The translations under genes and the position numbers were made by a program. 64,000 nt of DNA from Acidimicrobiales bacterium (GTDB lineage: Bacteria > Actinomycetota > Acidimicrobiia > Acidimicrobiales > SZUA-35), in assembly GCA_041394285.1 (NCBI GenBank), contig JAWKIL010000003.1, positions 24,534 to 88,533 of the forward strand, read 5' to 3'. Below the pieces are notes generated by a model. It ran no database searches. It was not told the DNA's origin and saw nothing but the letters and a program-made list of their open reading frames with translations. Of the stretch, positions 25,818 to 33,598 are shown piece by piece; the stretch's first letter is position 1, and each line of letters begins with the position of its first letter.

Positions 25818-26638
25818 TGCGCTCCCACCTTGTCCAGGAGCACGCTGCCCCGGGTCTGGCCCGGCTCGTCGGCCTCGGGCACCGTCGGGCGCTCGACGGC
25901 GAGCCAGATGTTGCCGAACTCGGCGGTGAACACCAGCCGCTCGGCATCGAAGGGCCGGACGGCCAGGGTGACGTAGATCGTCTCCCCGGGGGCGGTGGTG
26001 AGCCGCTGCGACGGGTCGACCGGGGCGTCGGCGGCCGGCTCCTGCACGGCGGTGACCAGCACCTTGCGCAGCAGCAGATCGGTGCTGTTGGCCGTGTCGC
26101 CGCCCACGCCGTTGACGGCGGAGGCGGGCAACGGCACCAGCTTGCCGTCGAGGGCTACCGCCGCCTCGTTCTGGCCGAGCGGATCGAACGAGGCGAGCAC
26201 GGCGACGGTCTGGCCCGCCTCCAGCAGCCCGCCCACGGCCCGCTGGGAGTCGAGCTCCACCGTGAGCTCCACCATGTCCTCCGGCACGTCGACCCCGGCC
26301 TGGCGATCGGTGAACTGCGAGCGCTGGACGAAGCGGCTGGTCACCAGCTGCTCGCCGGGCACCAGGTCGACGGCCGCCACCTGGCCGGCCAGCGACGGGA
26401 GGCTGGTGACGGCCCCGCTGGCCTGGACCTTGATGGGGACCCGCTCGACGCTGACCAGGCCGGCCAGCTCCTCGGCCGCCGTTCCGCTGGCGATCGGTGC
26501 CCGCACCACGTACACCTCGACCAGCTGCTCACCGGCCAGCGCCCGTCGCTCGGCGCCCTTGACGTAGACCACCAGCGCCGCCGTGCCGACGAGCGCCAGC
26601 AGTACAGCGACGGCGAACCCCGTGACGCGCCGGTTCAT
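25814..26638 (-). CDS. cpaB: Flp pilus assembly protein CpaB/RcpC (SAF domain)
   Basis: 274 aa with an N-terminal TM, a SAF-like region and an RcpC-like C-terminus. Confidence 0.8.
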   Translation of the reverse strand: MNRRVTGFAVAVLLALVGTAALVVYVKGAERRALAGEQLVEVYVVRAPIASGTAAEELAGLVSVERVPIKVQASGAVTSLPSLAGQVAAVDLVPGEQLVTSRFVQRSQFTDRQAGVDVPEDMVELTVELDSQRAVGGLLEAGQTVAVLASFDPLGQNEAAVALDGKLVPLPASAVNGVGGDTANSTDLLLRKVLVTAVQEPAADAPVDPSQRLTTAPGETIYVTLAVRPFDAERLVFTAEFGNIWLAVERPTVPEADEPGQTRGSVLLDKVGAQ

Positions 26639-26654
26639 GTGACGTCCTCCCGGT

Positions 26655-27680
26655 TCATGGGCCGACCTCCGGCTCGCAGGCCGACACGGCGTCGGGGTCG
26701 ACTCCGCACAGGGCGATGACCTGGTTGCCGGCGTCGATGCCGGGCGCCCCGCAGCAGGTGCCGGTGATCATCCCGGGCTCGACCTTGAGCTCGATGTACC
26801 AGTACGCCAAGGTGTCGGCGAGGTTGAACGACTTGAGCCGGGCCCGCACCACACCCACGAGATGCACGCCGGTGGTGTCGGCGAAGTCGAACACGGGAAA
26901 GGCCACGTAGTCGCCGCTGTCCCGCAGCGAGCCCATCGCCCCCTCGATCTCGGTCAAGGCGTACGGCCGTTCGTAGCACGAGGCCGGGCTGGCGCAGCCC
27001 GTACTGGTCGGCTCGGCGAAGGCGACCTGCCCTGGGTAGCCCTTGCGCACCCAGCTGCGGACGGTGGAGCCGCTGGCTCCGCCCTCGAAGGCCACGGTGA
27101 TGAAGTTGCCGACCGACGGCGAGCCGCCGCACGCCGTCGGGCTTTCGGGGACGAAGCGCAACCAGACCTGGGTCGGGTACGCCGGTGGGTGGTCGATCAG
27201 CTGGCGCAGGGCCGACGAGCCGTCGTAGCAGAGGGCGAGGGGGCGGAGCTTGGAGACCGTGAGGGGGGACCCGAAGGCGGCGCTCGACACCGACCCTGCG
27301 GCCTGGCCGGATGATCCCGGGGCCACGGCGAAGGTGGCGTCGACCGACTCGGCGGCGGTGACGGTCACCCGGCCTCCACCGGCGGGGAACGTGGTGACCT
27401 CGCACCCGGTCATGGCGGCGTCGGGGGCATTCCCGGCCAGGTAGGTGCCGGCGGTGGCGCAGGCTCCGGTGTGGTTGCCGGGCGCTTCCACCAGGTCCTG
27501 GGCGGCGGCCAGGGCGGCGGCGTCGGTGGCCGGGATCAGGCCTTCCCGGGTCAGCCGGCCCAGGCCGACGTCGACCACCAGCGCGGTCAGGCCGATGAGC
27601 CAGGCCACCGAGAGGGCGAACAGGGCCAGCGATGCGCCCCGCTCGTTGACGGGGCGGCGAGGGCCGACGAGCCGGGTCAT
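26655..27680 (-). CDS. TadG-like / pilus-assembly protein with TadE-type N-terminus (Cys-rich)
   Basis: ORF 26655..27803 trimmed to ATG 27680 (ATGA overlap with the tadE stop; alternative ATG at 27689). The N-terminus (ERGASLALFALSVAWLIGLTALVVD) is typical of TadG/pseudopilins. The exported domain has 14 Cys. Confidence 0.7.
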   Translation of the reverse strand: MTRLVGPRRPVNERGASLALFALSVAWLIGLTALVVDVGLGRLTREGLIPATDAAALAAAQDLVEAPGNHTGACATAGTYLAGNAPDAAMTGCEVTTFPAGGGRVTVTAAESVDATFAVAPGSSGQAAGSVSSAAFGSPLTVSKLRPLALCYDGSSALRQLIDHPPAYPTQVWLRFVPESPTACGGSPSVGNFITVAFEGGASGSTVRSWVRKGYPGQVAFAEPTSTGCASPASCYERPYALTEIEGAMGSLRDSGDYVAFPVFDFADTTGVHLVGVVRARLKSFNLADTLAYWYIELKVEPGMITGTCCGAPGIDAGNQVIALCGVDPDAVSACEPEVGP

Positions 27681-28099
27681 GCTTCGCATCGGAACACGGC
27701 GTGACCGGTGAGGGTCGTCTGATGGTCGAGGACCAGGGGGATGGTGATCCGGTGGGGGGCGGTGACGGTCACCGTGACCGACTGGCCTTCGCGGCCGGCG
27801 CACGGGCCCGGCTCCACGAGAACCGTGGGGGTGGTGTCACCGAGCGCGCCGGCCAGGGTGGCGCCTACCCGGTTCACGATGTCGGTCTGCGTGGTGGACG
27901 ACAGCGAGGCCAGGCGCCCACCCTCCCGGGCGGCGGCCTCCACCGCCTGGGCCCGGCTGATCGCGAAGCCGAACTGGATGATGCCGAACAGGATCATCAC
28001 CAGCACGGGCACGATCAGCGCGAACTCGGCCAGAACGGCGCCCCGCTCCGTCGGCCGGGGGTCGCCGGTTCGTTTGTCGCCTATCCAGTGCCGCCTCAA
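27677..28099 (-). CDS. tadE: TadE-family pseudopilin
   Basis: 140 aa. The TTG start is preceded by GGAGAG. It has the TadE-like N-terminus ERGAVLAEFALIVPVLVMILFGIIQFG. Confidence 0.8.
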   Translation of the reverse strand: MRRHWIGDKRTGDPRPTERGAVLAEFALIVPVLVMILFGIIQFGFAISRAQAVEAAAREGGRLASLSSTTQTDIVNRVGATLAGALGDTTPTVLVEPGPCAGREGQSVTVTVTAPHRITIPLVLDHQTTLTGHAVFRCEA

Positions 28100-28433
28100 T
28101 CGCTTCTCTCCGCCGCCGGTGGCCGCTTCCGAAAAAACTTCGGAGGGCCGGTCTCGATGACTGGCAAGCTAGCCAGCACCACACCCTTTGACAAGCGTTA
28201 ATAGCAATCAGGCTGGATGCGAACTCTTACTCCTGGTCACGCACCAGTGCGTCATACATTATTGTTGGGGAACCATGCAGGGGGGTGCGTGATCAAGCTT
28301 CAATGGGCAGTGGAAATGTCTCTATGTTTATAGTCAGAACGCCACCCGAGGTTCTCGAAAGAAACTGTTGGACAAGAGACATGATTCCGGTCTATACACC
28401 CACTCACCGTCGGTTTGCGTGCTCGGCGGGGAG

Positions 28434-28553
28434 GAGGGAGTGCCTTGCCGCCGCGGCGGGTTGCGGCAAGACACTCCCTCTATGGCAGGCGGCTGCGGGA
28501 GCCGCCATTCCGGTCGGAGGACGTCGGATCGCCCTTCGGCGTCCTCCGGCCGG
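28434..28553 (-). other. three consecutive stem-loops immediately downstream of flp (candidate attenuator/terminator cluster)
   Basis: Hairpin 28510-28553 is ccgg..ggaggacg/cgtcctcc..ccgg. Hairpin 28489-28506 is ggcggct/agccgcc. Hairpin 28434-28480 is an imperfect 17-bp stem (gagggagtg-cttgccgc/gcggcaag-cactccctc). None has a U-tail. Confidence 0.55.
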
Positions 28554-28565
28554 AAGAACCAGTGC

Positions 28566-28757
28566 TCAGGGTGAGGACGGCAGGGAGGTGGTGGCATCCG
28601 TGAAGGCGGCAATGATGTCGGCCCCGAATGTGGTGATGACTCCGGCGGCCGCCACGGCAACCACGAACAGCAGTAGGGCGTACTCGGCCAAGCCGGCCCC
28701 ACGCTCCTCGCTGATCTTGTTCTTCAACATGTGTGTCCAAAGAGCGATCTTGAACAT
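28566..28757 (-). CDS. flp: Flp-family type IVb pilin
   Basis: It contains ...MLKNKISEERG|AGLAEYALLLFVVAVAAAG, i.e. the Flp G/xxxxEY processing motif plus a hydrophobic helix. Start chosen at ATG 28757 (GAGGAG 6 nt upstream); alternative ATGs at 28763 and 28730. Confidence 0.85.
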   Translation of the reverse strand: MFKIALWTHMLKNKISEERGAGLAEYALLLFVVAVAAAGVITTFGADIIAAFTDATTSLPSSP

Positions 28758-28763
28758 CTTCAT

Positions 28764-28943
28764 CTCCTCGCCTTGTCGGTGTTTCTTGACACCATTGTGC
28801 GATCCAGGCCGGCAAGGCGCATCGACAAAATTTGGTATTGCACACGGCGGTGAATCCAGTGACAAGCGGGCCAGGCGGCGATATGCAGCGCGATGGAGCG
28901 ACAACGAGATGAGCGTTTGCATCGATGATCCAGTGGGAGTCCG
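28764..28943. promoter_or_regulatory. divergent flp / histidine-kinase control region
   Basis: A 180-bp GC-depleted intergenic region. It contains the near-perfect inverted repeat cgccttgtcgg...ccggcaaggcg and a TTGACA hexamer. Promoters were not resolved. Confidence 0.4.
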
Positions 28944-30188
28944 GTGATGATCACCTCACTTCCAACCGGGCACGAGCGCTGGCGGTCGGGAGACCGGACC
29001 GGACCACCGGTGGGCCAGGCGCTGGTGATCTTCTCGGTGACGATCGCCGCCCTGCTGGCGCTGGCCGGGGCCGACGAGCTCGGGCTGGTGGAGCTGCCCG
29101 ATCAGGCCGGCCCGCAGTTCGGGATGGTGGCCAGCACCACCTTCTCGCTGGCCGGCATGGCGGCCGTGTACCGGGCGCTCGAGGTCCGCAGCCGCTGGAT
29201 GGTGGCCATCGCCGTGCTGCTGCTGGGGCCGGGCGCCGTCTGGCTGTGGTGGACCTTCGTCGACGGCCGGCCGGTGCGCTCGGCGGTCAACGCGGTGGTG
29301 GTGGCCGCGGGCGTCGGCACGGCGGGCGTGTTGCTGGCCCGGGGCTTCCGCCGGCACCGTTGGCTGGAGGTGTTCGCCGGTCTGGGGTTGCTGGGGTTGG
29401 GCCTCGTCGCCGCCCTGGTGTGGATCAACCCGGGCGCCGCGGGCACGGCCATGTCGGGCCTCCTGGCCTCGGTGGCCGGCATGACCTGCCTCTACGGCCT
29501 GCTGGTGGACCTCGAGGTGGCGGAGCACCGCTCGTCGGCCGAGTTGGTGGAGTCACGCAAACGGGTGGAGGCCGAGGTCTCCCGGATCGAGGAGCTGCTC
29601 CACGACCTCCGCAGCGGGCTCCTGGCCATGGAGGCGGCCATCGGCTCGGTCGACGACGACCTGGCCGGACCGCTGCAGGCCGAGGCCGCCCGCCTTCGCC
29701 GCCTGACCCGGACCGGGGCCCGGACCGTCGCCCCCTTCGATCTCGTGCCGAAGGTGCGCGACCTGGTGGCGGCCCGCCTGGCCGCCGGTGTGTGGGTGGC
29801 GCTGCGGGGGCCGGATCAGGCGACCGTGTGGGGTGAGGAGTCCGAGGTGTTGGCCATCATCGACAACCTGCTGTCGAACGCCGAGCGTCACGGGCAACGG
29901 GGCGAGATCATGATCGAGATCGCAGGCGGCGACGACCGCACCCGGGTCTCGGTGTCGAGCTGCGGTCAGCTGCCGGCCGATCCGGAGATCATCTTCACCC
30001 GGGGTATCACCACCCACCCCGACGGTCAGGGCCTCGGCCTGGCCCGGGCCCGGATGCTGGCCGGTGTGAACGGTGGCGAGCTGCGGGTCGACCCGGGCCA
30101 GCCCGGGCGGGCCACGTTCGTGCTGACCCTGGTGTCGGGGTCGATGGACCCGGGGCCGATGCGGCCCGGATCGATGGCGGTGGCGTGA
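28944..30188 (+). CDS. membrane sensor histidine kinase
   Basis: 414 aa with about 6 N-terminal TM helices, an H-box (EELLHDLRSGL), an N-box (DNLLSNAERHG) and a G-box (GQGLGLARA). Confidence 0.88.
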   Translation: MMITSLPTGHERWRSGDRTGPPVGQALVIFSVTIAALLALAGADELGLVELPDQAGPQFGMVASTTFSLAGMAAVYRALEVRSRWMVAIAVLLLGPGAVWLWWTFVDGRPVRSAVNAVVVAAGVGTAGVLLARGFRRHRWLEVFAGLGLLGLGLVAALVWINPGAAGTAMSGLLASVAGMTCLYGLLVDLEVAEHRSSAELVESRKRVEAEVSRIEELLHDLRSGLLAMEAAIGSVDDDLAGPLQAEAARLRRLTRTGARTVAPFDLVPKVRDLVAARLAAGVWVALRGPDQATVWGEESEVLAIIDNLLSNAERHGQRGEIMIEIAGGDDRTRVSVSSCGQLPADPEIIFTRGITTHPDGQGLGLARARMLAGVNGGELRVDPGQPGRATFVLTLVSGSMDPGPMRPGSMAVA

Positions 30189-30853
30189 TGGACGGGCGGC
30201 AGATCGTGATCGTCGACGACCATCCGCTGCTGGCGATCGGGCTGTGCCGGGCCCTGGAGCGGTCGGGCACGAGGGTGGAGCAGCTCGATCCGCTGCTCGG
30301 TGCCGAGCGGGTGCTGGAGGAGGTGGCCGAGCGGCGGCCCGACTGTGCCGTGGTCGACCTCGGCCTGCCCTTCGCCGGGGGCGGCTCGGCCCTGATCGCC
30401 CCACTGGTGGCAAACGGCATCCCGGTGGTGGTCCTCACCGGCGAGAGCGATCGGCTGCTGCTGGCCCGGTCGCTGCTGGCCGGGGCCAGGGCCGTCATCT
30501 CCAAGGCCGAGCCGCTGCCCGACATCGTGGCCACGATCCTCCAGGTGACCGACGGTCAGCCCGTGCGGGCCGGTGACCGGGCCGAGCTGATGGCGGATCT
30601 GCACCGGGTGCTGGACGAGCAGGCGCGGAGCGATTCGCTGTTCGCCGCCCTGTCGCCCCGGGAGCAGCAGGTGCTGGCCGGGCTGATGGACGGTCACAGC
30701 GCCGCCTCCCTGGCCGAGCGGCACTTCGTGTCGATGGCCACGGTCCGGGCCCAGATCAGGAGTGTGCTGACCAAGCTCGAGGTCGGTTCCCAGCTCGAGG
30801 CGGTGGCCCTGGCCCACCGGCATCGGTGGAGCATCGGGGTCGGGCAGTCGTGA
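30185..30853 (+). CDS. LuxR/NarL-family response regulator
   Basis: 222 aa with a receiver domain (IVIVDDHP, DCAVVDL, SKA) and a C-terminal LuxR HTH (LSPREQQVLAGL...VRAQIRSVLTKL). Its start overlaps the kinase stop. Confidence 0.9.
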   Translation: MMDGRQIVIVDDHPLLAIGLCRALERSGTRVEQLDPLLGAERVLEEVAERRPDCAVVDLGLPFAGGGSALIAPLVANGIPVVVLTGESDRLLLARSLLAGARAVISKAEPLPDIVATILQVTDGQPVRAGDRAELMADLHRVLDEQARSDSLFAALSPREQQVLAGLMDGHSAASLAERHFVSMATVRAQIRSVLTKLEVGSQLEAVALAHRHRWSIGVGQS

Positions 30854-31392
30854 CGGTCGCCCTGGCCACCGGGCCGGCCCCGGTGCGGGCGGCGATCGGG
30901 GTGGCGACGGCGGCCGGGGCGGCGGGGGTGCTGTGGAACCACCGGGCCGAGCCGGTGATGGCCGCGCTGCTGGCGGCGGTGGTGCTGTGCTACGGCGCGC
31001 TGTCGGCCGTGGACGCCGCCGAGCAGCGCCTACCCAACCGGATCACGCTGCCGCTGGCCGGCGCCACCCTGGCGGCGGTGGTGGTGGGCGCTGTCACCGG
31101 GGGTGACGTGACGGCCGCCGTCGCCGCCGTCGGAACCGGCGCCGCGTTCGCCGCCGTGCTCGTCGTGCTGCGGTTCGGGATGGGCGACGTGAAGCTGGCC
31201 CTCACGGTGGGCATGGTCGCCGGTTGGCTGGGTCGGGCGGCGGTGGTGGCCACCATCATGGCCGGTGCGGCCGCCGGTGCGGCCGTCGCCCTGGTGCTGC
31301 TGGCGGTCCACCGCCGGCGAGGCGTGGCCTTCAGCTTCGGCCCGGCCCTGGCCATCGGCTCGGTGGTGGGGATGCTGGCCGTCCGCTCCTGA
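30850..31392 (+). CDS. tadV: A24-family prepilin peptidase (TadV/CpaA type)
   Basis: GTG 30850 forms a GTGA overlap with the response-regulator stop. It is polytopic, with the two catalytic Asp motifs (AVDAAEQRLPN and GMGDVKL). Confidence 0.85.
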   Translation: MTVALATGPAPVRAAIGVATAAGAAGVLWNHRAEPVMAALLAAVVLCYGALSAVDAAEQRLPNRITLPLAGATLAAVVVGAVTGGDVTAAVAAVGTGAAFAAVLVVLRFGMGDVKLALTVGMVAGWLGRAAVVATIMAGAAAGAAVALVLLAVHRRRGVAFSFGPALAIGSVVGMLAVRS

Positions 31393-31428
31393 CAGACCGG
31401 CCGCCCGGGAAGGGCGCCGCCTTTGTCG

Positions 31429-31503
31429 TGCCCCCGGTGGGATTCGAACCCACGACCAGCGGATTAAAAGTCCGATGCGCTAACCAGGCTGCGCCACGGG
31501 GGC
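31429..31503 (-). tRNA. tRNA-Lys (anticodon UUU)
   Basis: A 75-nt cloverleaf folded by hand: acceptor GCCCCCG/CGGGGGC, D arm GCGC/GCGC, anticodon loop CUUUUAA, T arm GTGGG-TTCGAAT-CCCAC. CCA is not encoded. Confidence 0.92.
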
Positions 31504-31635
31504 GGATCCAGGCTAGCGGCCCGGGGCCAACCCGGCGGTCGGGTTCGCCCCGGATCGACGGTCGGCCGGCGGCGGCCCCTCCGGTTCTGGCAGGATGGTG
31601 CCGATGCTCAGGTTGGGCGCTCGGCGACAACCCGG

Positions 31636-32742
31636 ATGCGAACACCCGTGACCCCCACCGCCCGCGCCCGGCTGGCGTTGTCGGGACTGGTCGTGGCGCT
31701 CAGCGCCTGCGGGAGCATCCCGGAGCCGGCGAGCTTCCAACCCACCACGTCGACGAGGGCCGAGCCGGCCTCCGCTGCGGCGTCGCCCGGGGACCAGGCG
31801 GCCGCTGCCGGGGTCCAAGCCCTGCCGGCCGCCATCGATCCGGCGGCCGCCGCCGGTTTCGAGCCCCTCCTGCCCGACGGGTACATCGCCCAGGCCCTCG
31901 TCGCCACCGACCAGGGGGTGCTGGCCGGCGACATCGCCGCCCTGCTGGCGCTCCCACCGCCGCTGGCCACGTTCCGCGCCGCCCGGGTGGTCGACGACCT
32001 GGTGGGAGGCGTGGTGGCCCAGGCCGCCGATGCCGCTCCCGACGCCCGGGGCGACATCGTGTGGCTCCCGGCCGATCGGGGCCAGCCCACCCTGATCGAC
32101 GGGACCGGTTCCACGCTTTTCGACGCCGGCTTCGCCGACGGCACCCCGTGGGCGGTGGTGGCCTACCCGTCGGGTGAGGTGGTCCGCATCCGCCTCGTCG
32201 ACCTCACCGACAGCCCCCTGCTCACGCTCGACCACGACGAGCAGCTGCTCGCCCTGTCGGCGGCCGGCGCGGTGCACGCCATCGCCGTGTCCGACGCCGC
32301 GTGCGGTCAGATCCGGTTCCACGGCCCCGACGGGGCCCTGATCGACCTCCCGGCACCGGCGCTGCCCACGTGCGAGGTCCCTCGTCGCCCCACGTTCGGA
32401 GCCGTCGCCCTCAGCTCGGATGGCCGCCAGCTCGCCTACACGATGATCACCTACCGAGACGACGGCATCGAAGCCGCCACCGAGGTGCTGGTGCGTGACC
32501 TGACGACGGGTACCGATCTGGTCCGGCGTACCGTCGGCCGGGAAGGCGAGCAGATCACCTCGCTCGGCTATGACAACATGCGGGTGCTCTACCTGCGCCA
32601 GGCCCGGGATGGGGGCACGGCGACGCCCGAGCTCATGGAGCTGACCGGCGAGGGGCGCACCGCTGCGCTGCCCCTGCCGCCGGCCGCGGCGGTCAGCTCC
32701 GTCAGTTTCGCCCGACGGAGCCTGACCGCTGACGGTCCCTGA
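31636..32742 (+). CDS. hypothetical lipoprotein
   Basis: 368 aa with a signal peptide and lipobox (LSAC). The C-terminal part has TolB/propeller-like strand repeats (SSDGRQLAY...). Confidence 0.65.
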   Translation: MRTPVTPTARARLALSGLVVALSACGSIPEPASFQPTTSTRAEPASAAASPGDQAAAAGVQALPAAIDPAAAAGFEPLLPDGYIAQALVATDQGVLAGDIAALLALPPPLATFRAARVVDDLVGGVVAQAADAAPDARGDIVWLPADRGQPTLIDGTGSTLFDAGFADGTPWAVVAYPSGEVVRIRLVDLTDSPLLTLDHDEQLLALSAAGAVHAIAVSDAACGQIRFHGPDGALIDLPAPALPTCEVPRRPTFGAVALSSDGRQLAYTMITYRDDGIEAATEVLVRDLTTGTDLVRRTVGREGEQITSLGYDNMRVLYLRQARDGGTATPELMELTGEGRTAALPLPPAAAVSSVSFARRSLTADGP

Positions 32743-32748
32743 AGCCGC

Positions 32749-33060
32749 CTAGGCCAGTGAGCGGTAGGCGGCGGCCCGCTGGGCCCGGATGTTGGTCCGA
32801 CGCTTCCACGCCTTGGTCTTCCAGACCCGGAAGCGGCGCCGGGACACGGTGACCTCCGGGCGCTCGGCCGGATCGGCCTTCATCGACGAGTGGGCGACCA
32901 GGGGGAGGGCGTAATCTTCGGGCTCGGCCAACATGGAGAGCTCCACATGGGCGGCCCGTCTCACCCGCCGGTGTTCGATGTGACGGTCGAACCGGGCGGG
33001 TTTGTTGACAGCGGCGGCCCCAGGCTTGCTGGAGCGATTGGCACGTGTGCGCTGAGACAC
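32749..33060 (-). CDS. small basic hypothetical protein (103 aa)
   Basis: ORF 32749..33294 trimmed to GTG 33060, preceded by AGGAAGGAAGGGAG. It is Arg/Lys-rich (RRRFRVWKTKAWKRRTNIRAQR). No family recognised. Confidence 0.55.
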   Translation of the reverse strand: MSQRTRANRSSKPGAAAVNKPARFDRHIEHRRVRRAAHVELSMLAEPEDYALPLVAHSSMKADPAERPEVTVSRRRFRVWKTKAWKRRTNIRAQRAAAYRSLA

Positions 33061-33273
33061 GGTACTCCCTTCCTTCCTGCGCAGACCGCTTGCAGCAGGT
33101 GCTGCGCATTGTCCGGGTGTGGATGGTGTACTCCCCGAGTGTGGCCGACGATCGGGACCCGCGCCAGGGACCATCGTCACTCCAGATACGGTCCTTGGCC
33201 AGGGAGATTCTGGAGATACCGGCCCGCATGCCGGCTCACCGGGCATCCCCGGCCCCGCCGGTACGATGGCGGG

Positions 33274-33552
33274 GTGAGCAACTGGTGGGGACAACCCCGG
33301 CCCGACGGCGATCCGGACCCGATGCCCGACGGGCCGGCCGATGTGCTCGTCGGGGCCGACGCCGACGTCGACGCTGATCCCGATCCCGATCCCGATCCCG
33401 AACCGGAGGCGGTGGCCACCAGCGACGACCTGCCGACCATGGCCGAGCTCGACGCCCTCAGCGCCGAGCTCGACGAGATCGATGCCGCGCTGGCCGCCAT
33501 GGACGCCGACCCGTCACTCCCGGGCCGGGCCGCCGCTTCCCAGAAGGCCTGA
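33274..33552 (+). CDS. small acidic hypothetical protein (92 aa)
   Basis: In-frame GTG at 33274 within ORF 32890..33552. GC3 is high, and an Asp/Pro-rich N-half is followed by a helical ELDALSAELDEIDAALAAMD segment. Confidence 0.4.
   Translation: MSNWWGQPRPDGDPDPMPDGPADVLVGADADVDADPDPDPDPEPEAVATSDDLPTMAELDALSAELDEIDAALAAMDADPSLPGRAAASQKA
33375..33398. repeat. (GATCCC)4 hexanucleotide repeat
   Basis: Read directly. It encodes DPDPDPDP in the small acidic ORF. Confidence 0.9.
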
Positions 33553-33559
33553 CCTCAGG

Positions 33560-33593
33560 GCGCTCCGGCGATCGAACCGGGACCCCGGAGCGC
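33560..33593. terminator. stem-loop between convergent genes
   Basis: A 9-bp stem (gcgctccgg / ccggagcgc) with a 16-nt loop. Confidence 0.5.
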
Positions 33594-33598
33594 TCCCC

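Noticed and set aside
23338-25947. Very long N-terminal extensions in the ORF track: 869-aa 'CpaF', 559-aa 'glutaminyl cyclase' (13497..15176), 441-aa 'CcdA' (2926..4251), 701-aa PEP enzyme (55031..57136), 828-aa M20 (14597..17083), 446-aa DUF45 (33599..34939) and 499-aa ArsA (61131..62630).
   Set aside because: The extensions run through the coding region of the upstream gene in another frame and are compositionally non-protein-like. Internal starts with an SD sequence and/or a 4-nt overlap with the upstream stop give proteins of canonical length.
28285-28947. A 220-aa plus-strand ORF spanning the flp region and the AT-rich spacer.
   Set aside because: It is antisense to the well-supported Flp pilin gene, crosses obviously non-coding structured DNA, and shows no motif or coding bias.
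20452-31503. Tad/TCS block as an integrated mobile island or prophage remnant at tRNA-Lys.
   Set aside because: There is no integrase, excisionase, transposase or phage gene in or next to the block, no att-like duplication of the tRNA 3' end within the window, and no compositional break in the coding regions. It is retained only as a low-interest hypothesis.
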